The translations under genes and the position numbers were made by a program. Shown here in pieces: positions 21,572-30,397 of a stretch of DNA of 64,000 bases. Source of the stretch: Turneriella sp. (lineage in GTDB: Bacteria; Spirochaetota; Leptospiria; Turneriellales; Turneriellaceae). The stretch spans positions 3,872,001-3,936,000 of the forward strand of contig CBDIID010000003.1 of the NCBI GenBank assembly GCA_965279515.1. Reading direction: 5' to 3'. The first letter of the stretch is position 1. The number at the start of each line of letters is the position of its first letter. Under the pieces are notes generated by a model. The model saw nothing but the letters and a program-made list of their open reading frames with translations, was not told the DNA's origin and searched no databases.

Positions 21572-22367
21572 AACGCGTATCGCGGCCCGCTTTTTTCCGT
21601 GCGTCAAAAATTTTGCGTGCACGCGAGTAGGGCGGCGCTTCGTTTTGCGGCAGCGTATCAAAATTGGCAATGAGGCACAGGCGCCCGGCCGCAATGATAT
21701 CTGGCATCGTCTTATTTGCCTGCGCCGTCTCTGCGGCGGCGAAGGCCCGCGCGGCATCAGAGAACAGCGGTTTGCCATCGGAATTTTTCAGCTTCAAAAG
21801 CCGGTAGTTTTCTTCGACGACTTTGAGATCGACGATAAAAATCTTCGGCAGCGCGCGCATACTTTTCAGGTCAGAAAGTTCCAGGGCGCTGACGCCGCGC
21901 AGATCGTGGGGATTGACCACGGCGGCGCAGCTCTCGGCGAGAGGGATTTTTTCCCGACCCGATAGCGCGCGCACTTCGTCGAACAGGGAGGTGCCACCCA
22001 GCACGCGCTGCCTGTGCACGATGCCCGCGGGGTTTGCCAACGTTGCAAAAAACAGCAGCGACGTCAGAGCTGCAAGAGCAGAGAGTATTCGCAATACGCG
22101 TGGCGACTGCCGTATCAATCCCGGCAGGTGCAGCATCACCAGCAGCAGACAGCTGAGGTGTACACCCAGCGGCCGGATGATCTGTAAGGCAACGGGGGAA
22201 TAATATTCGTCGAGCAGCAACGCGGCGTCGCGCAGCCGGTATCCCCATGCTATACCAAAGCTGATTTTCCCCTGCGCCGCCAGCGTCAGAGTATTTTCAT
22301 GCGGCCATAACACCAGGGTCACATATACGGCAATGAAAAGAGAAATAGCAAAAAGGAAGCGGATCAT
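21546..22367 (-). CDS. Hypothetical membrane protein, last gene of the RiPP/ECF operon
   Basis: About 3 N-terminal TM segments plus a soluble domain; 4-bp overlap with the anti-sigma gene. Confidence 0.6.
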   Translation of the reverse strand: MIRFLFAISLFIAVYVTLVLWPHENTLTLAAQGKISFGIAWGYRLRDAALLLDEYYSPVALQIIRPLGVHLSCLLLVMLHLPGLIRQSPRVLRILSALAALTSLLFFATLANPAGIVHRQRVLGGTSLFDEVRALSGREKIPLAESCAAVVNPHDLRGVSALELSDLKSMRALPKIFIVDLKVVEENYRLLKLKNSDGKPLFSDAARAFAAAETAQANKTMPDIIAAGRLCLIANFDTLPQNEAPPYSRARKIFDARKKAGRDTRFIQLPGRN

Positions 22368-22618
22368 TCCGGGTTGTGTAGTTTACCCTGAATGTGCCGG
22401 CGCATCGCCGGTGGCATCGGTTGCTGCCGGGCAGGCGCCGTCAGCAGCCCGCGGATTTTCTTCATCTGAGCCAGAAAGCGGCGGCAATAGACGCATTCAA
22501 TGCGGTGCCACAGCATACGCAGCCGGTCACGGAAAACAATCTTCTTTTCAAAACCCGCCGAGGCGAGTTTTGTGAATTCTTCGCAGGGCATACGTATGAG
22601 CGGTTTTTTCTCAGCCAA
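22364..22618 (-). CDS. Zinc-binding anti-sigma factor (zf-HC2)
   Basis: PCEEF...HRIECVYC (HxxxCxxC); overlaps the ECF sigma gene. Confidence 0.85.
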   Translation of the reverse strand: MAEKKPLIRMPCEEFTKLASAGFEKKIVFRDRLRMLWHRIECVYCRRFLAQMKKIRGLLTAPARQQPMPPAMRRHIQGKLHNPE

Positions 22619-23171
22619 CAGAGGCTCCCTTAAAACCGGCGGCTTCGAGGCAGCTTCTTAAATGCATGCGGGCACGGTAAAGCATGACGTTGAGATTGGT
22701 CGCCGTTACCGCAAGCTGCTTACAGATTTCCGGAGTCTCTTCGTTGTCAAGTTCGCGCAACACAACCGCCGCCCGCATCGCAGTCGGAAGCTTACGGATG
22801 CAGTCGTATAGATAGGCACGTAGCTCGTCGTCCTCGAGTTTTTCGAGCGGTGATTTTTCCCAGGCTTTGGGCACGCGTGTTTTTTCCCAGTGCCGGTTTT
22901 CACCGAAATAATCATCGTCGTCTGTGTGATCGGTCGCCTGGTTTTTGACCTCCCTGGCCCGCGCACGGTAGAGATCGATGATCTTGAATTTCAGTATGCC
23001 GATCAGCCAGGTGCGCTCGCTCGAGCGCCCGGCGAAGGTGCCGGCATTTTTAATGGCGGCGAGCAGCGTGTCCTGGATACAATCCTGGATGTCGTCGTCG
23101 CTGTCGACGCGGGTGCGGGCAAAGGCATAGAGTGCGTCGCCGTGGTTTTGCAGAAGATCGCTGGCGTTCAT
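22611..23171 (-). CDS. ECF RNA polymerase sigma-70 factor
   Basis: Region 2 (IQDTLLAA...FAGRSSERTWLIGILKFKIID) and region 4 (EICKQLAVTATNLNVMLYRAR). Confidence 0.93.
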   Translation of the reverse strand: MNASDLLQNHGDALYAFARTRVDSDDDIQDCIQDTLLAAIKNAGTFAGRSSERTWLIGILKFKIIDLYRARAREVKNQATDHTDDDDYFGENRHWEKTRVPKAWEKSPLEKLEDDELRAYLYDCIRKLPTAMRAAVVLRELDNEETPEICKQLAVTATNLNVMLYRARMHLRSCLEAAGFKGASVG

Positions 23172-24673
23172 ATGAGTATGCCGGGGAGCCCCAGAATGCG
23201 GAAAAGTCGTTTCACCGCCGCGGCCGACAACCGCTTTTCGGCCTCAGCAGTTTTGAGCAGGTTTTCCAGATAGCAGGGCTTTTTCAGCGCGGCGAGAAAT
23301 TCGAGCTCCGGTGCGCTGAGCGGAGCTTCTTTGACGGCAAAATGATCGCGGTAGAGAATGGTGCCGGGTTGGCCGGGAATAAATTGCAGCAATTTCGAGA
23401 GCCTGACCTTTTGCGCAAAGGGGTCGCCCAGCGCCGCGCCGGCAGCGTGGCAAAAAAGATCGTAGCGCAGTAAATCGAAGCGCGCGGCAGTGTGCCAGCT
23501 TTTTTGGGCAGGATAGTTCTTTTTGAGGAATGCCGGCATCGTGCGGCCGTATTCCCCGAGATCTTCTGAATGCGAGATCACTTGAGCCGCATGGCGGCTG
23601 CAGATTTTCGCAAACTGGCGGGGGCCTGCCGTCGCCGCAAGGCGTATAAACTTTTCCGTTAAGGCCGAGGTCAGGCGTATGGCGTATGCGTTGCGGTAAA
23701 CCCTTTGCACGCCGCGCACTGACAAGGTGCCGGCGGAGCGTTCTTTTTTTTCAGCCGGTCGAGTGTAGATGGTCTTTTGCCAGCGCGTTTCGCGGGATAA
23801 CGAATGCCCAGGCTTCACCGGCAGCGAATACAGCGGCTTTATACCCTCGGAAAATTTTTCGGGCATGGGTGTGGGTGAAAGCGCCGCCGTACGCAGCAGC
23901 TCTCTTTCCAGCACCGGGAATGCCGGAATCCGGTCGTCGCGCTCCAGGCTCAGGGGGAAATCCCCCAGGTGCTGCTTTGCTTCGCGGTAGAGTTTCAGCA
24001 CCGGCGCATGGATCTTTGCCGCGTGCGTGTCAAAGAGGTGCGTGCCGAGATCGGTGAAACCCGCGAGATGGTACTGGGCAACATGACGGGGATCAATCCC
24101 CCTCAGAAAACGACGCGCATTGAAACGGAAATTGGCCGCGTTCACGTAAATATTGTTGATATCGAGCAAAAGTTTGCAGCCGCTGGCTCTTGCCACGCTA
24201 TTCAGGAATTCGGGTTCGCTCATTTCATTGTGTGGAAACGCGGCGTATGCGGAAATGTTTTCGAAAACAAGCGGCCGTTTCAGATAGTTTTGTGCTTTGT
24301 CGATGTTCGCCGTTATTTTCTGAACCATCGCATGGGTCAGCGGCAAGGGTAAGAGCTCGTGGTACTGGTGACGGCCAAACCGGGAAAAACAAAAATGGTC
24401 TGAGATCTGAAAAGGTTCGATGCGGTCGGCAAGCGCCTTGATTTTTTTCAGGTGTTCGTTGCGCAAACCGTCGACGCTGCCGATGGAAAGGGCTACGCCG
24501 TGCAGCGCGACCGGGTAGCGTTCGCGGATTTTCCCGAGCACATACAGGGGCGCTCCCGCTGTATTAATGAAGTTCTCAGTGATAGCCTCAAACCAGTGGA
24601 TTCTGGTTTGAGGGTTTTTCAACAGATAGTTGAAATGCCCGGTCCGCAGACCGAGCCCGATTTTTTCCGTCAC
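23168..24673 (-). CDS. Fused DUF692 multinuclear non-heme iron enzyme (BufB/MbnB-like) plus DUF2063 (BufC-like) partner domain
   Basis: N-terminal GLGLR, WFEAITEN, LHGVALSIG, SDHFCF, ENISAY, LLDINNIYVN, QYHLAG, DTH, SLERD; C-terminal VYRNAY..RL..AL...F...G..QF...DLGEYG..MPAFL. Confidence 0.9.
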   Translation of the reverse strand: MTEKIGLGLRTGHFNYLLKNPQTRIHWFEAITENFINTAGAPLYVLGKIRERYPVALHGVALSIGSVDGLRNEHLKKIKALADRIEPFQISDHFCFSRFGRHQYHELLPLPLTHAMVQKITANIDKAQNYLKRPLVFENISAYAAFPHNEMSEPEFLNSVARASGCKLLLDINNIYVNAANFRFNARRFLRGIDPRHVAQYHLAGFTDLGTHLFDTHAAKIHAPVLKLYREAKQHLGDFPLSLERDDRIPAFPVLERELLRTAALSPTPMPEKFSEGIKPLYSLPVKPGHSLSRETRWQKTIYTRPAEKKERSAGTLSVRGVQRVYRNAYAIRLTSALTEKFIRLAATAGPRQFAKICSRHAAQVISHSEDLGEYGRTMPAFLKKNYPAQKSWHTAARFDLLRYDLFCHAAGAALGDPFAQKVRLSKLLQFIPGQPGTILYRDHFAVKEAPLSAPELEFLAALKKPCYLENLLKTAEAEKRLSAAAVKRLFRILGLPGILI

Positions 24674-24933
24674 ATCTCCATGGAGAGTGGTTTGAATTTA
24701 CCTTTCTTGGCCTTGCATTGTGCCTCGCTCATCTTTTTCCAACCCTGGCCTTTGCAGGCGTTCTGGCCGCCGCAGCTGTGGTCTTTATTGCCGCAGTCGC
24801 CCTGGCCTTTACAGCCATTGATGCCATGGCATTCGCCTTCTTTGGCTTTATCCTTGGCTTCTTTGGCGCCGATGCCGCCTGCCAGTGCGAGGCCAGCCAG
24901 CGCAGCCCCCATAAAAAGACTCGATTTTTTCAT
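24670..24933 (-). CDS. Secreted Cys-rich RiPP precursor, BufA2-like bufferin type
   Basis: Sec signal, then six Cys with a repeated NxCKGQG motif; AGGAG RBS; ATGA-coupled to the DUF692 gene. Confidence 0.85.
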   Translation of the reverse strand: MKKSSLFMGAALAGLALAGGIGAKEAKDKAKEGECHGINGCKGQGDCGNKDHSCGGQNACKGQGWKKMSEAQCKAKKGKFKPLSMEM

Positions 24934-24962
24934 AGTTTCTCCTGTTTACGAATTTATTGAAT

Positions 24963-24990
24963 TGGTCAACCCAGATCTCTGAATCTTACA
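24963..24990 (-). promoter_or_regulatory. Candidate autoregulatory ECF promoter TGTAAG-N16-TGAC
   Basis: Minus strand reads tgtaag attcagagatctgggt tgacca about 30 nt upstream of the precursor ATG; spacing is typical of ECF promoters (inference). Confidence 0.4.
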
Positions 24991-25024
24991 ATCTGACTTA
25001 GCGCGCCAAGCCGTTTTATGGTCT

Positions 25025-25128
25025 GGAAGTTCTGAAAAAGTCTGGGCCGACTCTCATGACAGTCGGCCGAGCGGATACGCGCATTTGCAGACAAATGCGC
25101 TCCTAATTTTTGATTTTTCAGAACTTCC
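25025..25128. repeat. 104-bp MITE-like or structured element with perfect 15-bp terminal inverted repeats and two internal hairpins
   Basis: GGAAGTTCTGAAAAA (25025-25039) / TTTTTCAGAACTTCC (25114-25128); GGCCGACT-N8-AGTCGGCC and GCGCATTTG-caga-CAAATGCGC inside. Confidence 0.75.
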
Positions 25129-25223
25129 CTCCTTAATTTGATAGCCGCTGCATCGGGCCCCCTAATATGTAACCTTCGCGTTTGCGGCGTGATTTTTGCA
25201 AGGCGGGGGATAAGTTGAGTTCG

Positions 25224-26486
25224 ATGTCATATTTTTTGAAGCGGCGGGTTTTCTACCTGATAATCATCGCTGCGGCAGCGTTGAGTTACTGCACTTCAGG
25301 CCAGACGCGGGTGGTGAATGGTGCGGCCACGCAGCCGAATACAAAGGCCGAGGTCGGGGGCGTTGAGACGATTTACGCCACGCCGATTACCCAGGCGGAT
25401 AAATCGCGTTTCTACGACTGCTCCGAATATTCACCGGCGACGTATGGCTGGCGCTCAGAAACCGCCGACTTTGACGTCTTTAATGAAAAGCTGAACGATA
25501 AGCGCAGGTTTTACCTGACCGAAGAGAGCGGTTATCCCTTCGTCGTCGGCTACCATAATCTCGACCGCGTCAAACCCGGCATCACCTGGATGGTTGGCCT
25601 GCGCGGCGAGTCATCCGGCTTTCATAAATCTTCAGTCACCAAGGGCATCCTGAAAATGATGGCAGATCTGCCTAACGCGGCGATGATCACGATCGACGAA
25701 TACAAATACAAGTACGCGAAAAACCCGCCCGCGACGAACCGGCCGCTGCACCCGATCTGTCACCGCACCTATTATCCCGAAGGCAAAATCCACACCGAAA
25801 TTCCGGCGTTCCGCAACGGCGGCGGCATACGCCTTCTGAAGCGCGCGCTACCCGCGCCGAACCCGATCGTGATCATGGCCTACAGCAATTCGACGACGCC
25901 GCGCGGTGAGCTCTTGTCGCGTGTCTTGCTTACCGAAGAAAAGCTGGATTATAAGCATTTCGGTGACCCGAAACAATTTCTTGCCGATTACATTTCAAAA
26001 ACCGGTTTCAACGATGCAGTCTATGGCGGCATTAAGGGTTTCATCGATATTGAAGGCAACTACGAATATAACAAGTCACTTTGGGACTTGTTGGCTTATA
26101 TCAAGCTTGAGATAGACACGAATCCGAATAAGTTCTATTATAGCGCGATGCGCATAGAAAAATTCGACGCCTACCCGGTGCAGACGACGATGATACGCGC
26201 GCTGGGGCTCAAGGGGGTCGAAGACGAACATGGCATCATCCGTTTCACAAACCCGGCAGGCAATGTCATTATCGACATGGTGACGAACCACTTCCAGCCG
26301 TATTATTCGGGGGTCGGCGGTGACGTGCGCAAGAACACAGATATGAAAACGTACCCGGGGACTGTGCGTCGAACGCGCAGCGACCACTACATGTTAGGGC
26401 CATTCATCCATAGGCGTTTACTCGAAACGACGCCGTTTCTGAAGAAAGAAGCCCAGCAGCCGGCGGCAACGGCGGGCGCGTCTTAA
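25224..26486 (+). CDS. Hypothetical lipoprotein, possibly alpha/beta-hydrolase fold
   Basis: Signal ending ALSYC; PIVIMAYSNS elbow-like Ser, IKGFIDIEG strand, late DHY His. Confidence 0.65.
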   Translation: MSYFLKRRVFYLIIIAAAALSYCTSGQTRVVNGAATQPNTKAEVGGVETIYATPITQADKSRFYDCSEYSPATYGWRSETADFDVFNEKLNDKRRFYLTEESGYPFVVGYHNLDRVKPGITWMVGLRGESSGFHKSSVTKGILKMMADLPNAAMITIDEYKYKYAKNPPATNRPLHPICHRTYYPEGKIHTEIPAFRNGGGIRLLKRALPAPNPIVIMAYSNSTTPRGELLSRVLLTEEKLDYKHFGDPKQFLADYISKTGFNDAVYGGIKGFIDIEGNYEYNKSLWDLLAYIKLEIDTNPNKFYYSAMRIEKFDAYPVQTTMIRALGLKGVEDEHGIIRFTNPAGNVIIDMVTNHFQPYYSGVGGDVRKNTDMKTYPGTVRRTRSDHYMLGPFIHRRLLETTPFLKKEAQQPAATAGAS

Positions 26487-26495
26487 AGGTTCAAC

Positions 26496-27689
26496 ATGGC
26501 CACGCGGCTTCTGCAGGGGATTCATTTCAGGGCGATTCATCTCACCCTGCTTGTCGTTGTTTCATGCGGCGCGCACTGCGCGACGCGGGCGTCGCTGAAG
26601 GTGACGCGCGAGCACCGTAACTTTCTCGAAGAAATCGGCAGCAGCAGCTATTCGAATAACAGTATCAACCGCCTGTTCACACGGCTCGATGAAAAGGGCA
26701 ACAAGATCTGCGACATGATCTTTCAGTATGCCGAGTACGACGAAGCTGTGGCCAGGGATTTTTCTGAGACACTGGACTTTCGCAAGAAAAAAGGCCAGAT
26801 GTGGTATAACAACATACTGCCGTCGCTGATTGCGGGCTGTGCGAATTTTTATAAGATGAATGACCGCGGCGTGCATAAGGTGTTCCGTATTCTCGAAGAG
26901 CTCTACCCCGAAGATAAGGACTGTTTCACGGTGGGTTTTTCACAGTACTATATGATGCTGCAGGAGATGCGCTGCGGCCGCGTCGTCTCGGTGGATGCCG
27001 ACTGGCGTATTCTCAAGGCCCACTATGATTTCCACGAACTCGTGCGCAATAAAACCCCCGATGCGGATACGGTTTCGCTGTTAAAGGCGCTGCCCCTGCA
27101 CTGGGTCGCGCATTTTGATTATATACCGCAACTTGAAGAAGAAATCACCGAATATACCTTCTGTACGCCAACCGAACAAAAAAACTGCTTACGCGCCTTT
27201 GAGCACTTTACGGCCTTGCCCGAAATCAAACGTACCGAGCTCATGCTGGGATTCATCCACGATTCGCAGTTTCCTCCCAAAGACAAAAATCTGAGTGTCA
27301 TTTTTATGAGCAATGCGCTCGATTGGGAATATACCACGCTCGAGCAGTTCGACAAACTGCACTCCAGCGCCCGCGGGTATCTTGCTGTCGGGCAGAAGAT
27401 CGCGATTGTCTACCAAGCGGGCGACAGTGAAGATATCGTCGTCTATGAACTCGCGAAAACAGATTCCGACGAACTCAATGTGTCGATTCGCTGCCGCGAT
27501 AATATCCGCTGGTCTGACCAATATGCGCTCGACCTGCGCGGCAAACCATTCAACACCTATTTCGACGACCTGCTCGACCGCCCGTCGCTGAAGGGTATCC
27601 CGCGTTGCCATGCCCGCGGTACCAAGAACTACAACGATCCGAAAAAATCGAAAAAATATATCGAAGATCAGAAGAAGAAAAAGACATAG
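26496..27689 (+). CDS. Hypothetical exported (lipo)protein with SAM-methyltransferase-like fold motifs
   Basis: Signal with Cys; FTVGFSQYY...VVSVDADWRILKAH and IFMSNALDW resemble the 28487-30220 protein. Confidence 0.65.
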   Translation: MATRLLQGIHFRAIHLTLLVVVSCGAHCATRASLKVTREHRNFLEEIGSSSYSNNSINRLFTRLDEKGNKICDMIFQYAEYDEAVARDFSETLDFRKKKGQMWYNNILPSLIAGCANFYKMNDRGVHKVFRILEELYPEDKDCFTVGFSQYYMMLQEMRCGRVVSVDADWRILKAHYDFHELVRNKTPDADTVSLLKALPLHWVAHFDYIPQLEEEITEYTFCTPTEQKNCLRAFEHFTALPEIKRTELMLGFIHDSQFPPKDKNLSVIFMSNALDWEYTTLEQFDKLHSSARGYLAVGQKIAIVYQAGDSEDIVVYELAKTDSDELNVSIRCRDNIRWSDQYALDLRGKPFNTYFDDLLDRPSLKGIPRCHARGTKNYNDPKKSKKYIEDQKKKKT

Positions 27690-28471
27690 GGATTCAGCCA
27701 GCGCCCGCCCTCGAGTTCTGTCTCATGACCTGTGAGAATTTTCGCGTTAGCAGGAATCGCGGCAATGAACCGGCGGTTGGCGTTTGAGTCGAACACCGCA
27801 CCAGCAGGTAGCGGTATCTGCGCTTTGCAACTCGCCGCAAAATAACATTCATCACCTGTAAAAATGAGCTCCTTTTCCCCGAGCTGCGCGCGTACAACCG
27901 TCGACCCCGGGGTATGCCCCATAACCGGCTCCAGATGAAGTCCTGAGGCCTCTGTACCTGACAGAATAGGTTGTAGCCTGCCCTGTGCCCTCAGAGCAGC
28001 GAAAACCGGCTTTAGGGCTTCCTCTTGCGGGCTGCTGATCTCTGCCTGGTGTACCCAAACCCGGGCATTGGGGAAGCGCCCGGCATCGAGCGCATGGTCG
28101 AAATGCGTGTGTGTCAGTATGATCGTATGGATTTTATCCGGGGTAATTCCGAGGCTTGCCAGAATGTCTGTCACAGAACGGAATTTTTCAATGCCAAAGC
28201 GCTTCAAAAGTTTCGCTTCGGAAAAACCACAATCGATGAGGGTGTGTTTACCATCGCCGTGTTCAATAAGATAGGCCAGCCAGTTCAGGCGAACGTTTTT
28301 TGCCCGGCTGGCGGTATTTACAAGTTTTGAGGGGTAATCACTTTTCCCATACTTCAATGCGTAGATTTTGAGGGGCGCACTCTTTTCCGCAGTTTCGGAT
28401 TTCTTAACGCGCCCGGGGCCGCAAGAACCTGCCGCCAGAAGACATCCTACTATAACCGCGGCAGATTTCAC
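27668..28471 (-). CDS. MBL-fold metallohydrolase, N-acyl-homoserine lactonase-like lipoprotein
   Basis: LIDCG, THTHFDH (HxHxDH), GHTPGS, FTGD, TGHE; lipobox LAAGSC. Confidence 0.85.
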   Translation of the reverse strand: MKSAAVIVGCLLAAGSCGPGRVKKSETAEKSAPLKIYALKYGKSDYPSKLVNTASRAKNVRLNWLAYLIEHGDGKHTLIDCGFSEAKLLKRFGIEKFRSVTDILASLGITPDKIHTIILTHTHFDHALDAGRFPNARVWVHQAEISSPQEEALKPVFAALRAQGRLQPILSGTEASGLHLEPVMGHTPGSTVVRAQLGEKELIFTGDECYFAASCKAQIPLPAGAVFDSNANRRFIAAIPANAKILTGHETELEGGRWLNPYVFFFF

Positions 28472-28486
28472 ACGCGGCCAGCTCCG

Positions 28487-30220
28487 TTAACGGTCTTGTT
28501 CGAGAATGCCCTTGGGTATCGCCGCGGGAATCTCAATCGTGCTGAAATCGGAACGCGGTTTTGATACCACGCGGTGCATCTTGAAATAATCCATATAATC
28601 GTAGTGCGGCAGCATCAGCTTCTTCTGGTAGTTGTATGCGCCGTGCACGACATAGTGCCAGAAGCCCTGCAAACCTTTGCGCCATTTCGGATGCCAAGGG
28701 TATTCGTGCACCGTGCGGAATGTGATCGAGGCCTCATCGAAGGGCAATGAAAGAATATTGCGCTTATAGTTCGAATTCGTTGTGCTGTAATCCCAGAACT
28801 CTTCGGCGTTCGACGGATAATAGACGCGGATCGGCACACCGAGCGCCTTCGCGGCCTTGCCGATCGAATGCATCGACTTATCTTTCAGCATGTCACCCGG
28901 CACGATTGCGATGCGGTTTTGCTGGTAGAGCAGGCGTATGTAACGGTAGTTCTCCGCGTAGCGCAGCCAGCCGAAATCTTTAGCGCCAGGGGCTGCATTT
29001 TTTTTGTAGTGTTTACCGAGCGACTCGGCGTTGTTGCGGTAGACTTGCTGGATGAAATCCACATCGTCGCGGTCGGCATAATGTTTCTTGATAATTTCGA
29101 GCGATGAGTTTTTGTTCTTTTTATCGAAACGTGCGAGAAAAGCAGGCACGGTTTCTGATTCGAGCATGAAGGCACGAATAATCCGATGCAGCGCGTTGAT
29201 ATTCACGTCGAAGTCGAAGAGCCAGACGAAGCGGCTTTTCGCGAGAGCGATATACGAATAGTTCGCATCTGCAGCGACACCTGCGTAACCGCCGCCGAGA
29301 TTACGCAGGTACGGTGCAAAGATATAGTTCTGCGATTCGTTCGGCGTAAAATAGGTCACGGGATCTTTGCAGTGCGCCGGCGAAGTATATTTGGCCTTGC
29401 AGATCGGCTTGTTGAGCGTATCGGTCGCTTCGAGATTGTGCAGTAGTGCCAGTTCACCTGAACTGGGCGGTGCCGGGTCTCCGAGCGGTGCCGGCGGCGT
29501 CTGTATCATCCACGCCGGAGTCTTTGTCGCAGGGTTATAATCCGACGCACAGCGGAAGGCAAGTTTTTTTTTCGCGTTGTAGGCCTGCGGCTCGACGGCA
29601 CCAGTGGCCGCATTGAAGGTCTGTTTAAATTTCAGCGTCTCATAAGGAAAGATGCCGCTGGCAACACCCATTGGGTTCGCGGGTTCGCAAATGTTTTTCT
29701 TTGCGGAAACACCCGAAAAAGATTTTACGGTAACAGCGCATTGCTCCCCGGCAACCGGTGTCCAGTCATTCGACCATTCGGTATAGTCGGTTTTTGTAAA
29801 ACCAGACTCTTCGGCGCCGGCCTTGAGCTCGGCGATTGTCGCTAGGCGGCCGCCTGCCCACGCGCAGTAGCGGTTCGCATGTTCAAAGGTTAGTCCCACC
29901 GCCGGCAGCGCGGGTTCTCCGCCGACACCCTTACCCTCGCAATGCCCGGCCGCGACACAGTCGCCGAATTCAGCGTTGGTTACCACGCGTGGGTCTAAAG
30001 ATACGGTATTCGAGACCGCACCGTTCAAATTGCGCCCGATGGCCTTTCCTGAAAGGCAAAGCTTGTTCGCATCACAGCTGTTCAGATCGCTTTTGGTGAA
30101 ACTAAAATCCGTCGCGGTGGCGTCGCTCGTGGTCTTCACCTTGCTCCCGGTCGAGGTGCAATGAAGCATAAACACAAAAATCCCCAGCGTAGCGCTCAGG
30201 CGTCGAAAAACTTGCGTCAT
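28487..30220 (-). CDS. Lipoprotein with degenerate FGE/SUMF1 domain plus Leptospira LIC_10091-like domain
   Basis: Signal ending FMLHC; VTNAEFGDCV, YCAWAGGRLAT.AE, EWSNDW, AFRCA (FGE-like); GGGYAGVAADANY...WLFDFD and YPSNAEEFW in the C-terminal half. Confidence 0.7.
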   Translation of the reverse strand: MTQVFRRLSATLGIFVFMLHCTSTGSKVKTTSDATATDFSFTKSDLNSCDANKLCLSGKAIGRNLNGAVSNTVSLDPRVVTNAEFGDCVAAGHCEGKGVGGEPALPAVGLTFEHANRYCAWAGGRLATIAELKAGAEESGFTKTDYTEWSNDWTPVAGEQCAVTVKSFSGVSAKKNICEPANPMGVASGIFPYETLKFKQTFNAATGAVEPQAYNAKKKLAFRCASDYNPATKTPAWMIQTPPAPLGDPAPPSSGELALLHNLEATDTLNKPICKAKYTSPAHCKDPVTYFTPNESQNYIFAPYLRNLGGGYAGVAADANYSYIALAKSRFVWLFDFDVNINALHRIIRAFMLESETVPAFLARFDKKNKNSSLEIIKKHYADRDDVDFIQQVYRNNAESLGKHYKKNAAPGAKDFGWLRYAENYRYIRLLYQQNRIAIVPGDMLKDKSMHSIGKAAKALGVPIRVYYPSNAEEFWDYSTTNSNYKRNILSLPFDEASITFRTVHEYPWHPKWRKGLQGFWHYVVHGAYNYQKKLMLPHYDYMDYFKMHRVVSKPRSDFSTIEIPAAIPKGILEQDR

Positions 30221-30259
30221 CGGGTATTTAAGGTGATTTAGACACATCGTCAATCAGGT

Positions 30260-30351
30260 GGGCGTCCCCTCGCCGCGGGCGAGGTCGGGCTGCTCCGGGC
30301 TCGGCGGTCGCCTCGGTCGCTGCGCGACCAAGCCCTGCGCATCCCTGACGC
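30260..30351. repeat. GC-rich nested-hairpin intergenic element (REP/MITE-like)
   Basis: CCTCGCC-gcg-GGCGAGG, GGTCGC-tgc-GCGACC, GGGCT/AGCCC and terminal GCGTC/GACGC pairings. Confidence 0.6.
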
Positions 30352-30397
30352 AGGTTTGGTGTGGCGGCTTGCGAAATTTCAGGTTAAATCGATTTGT

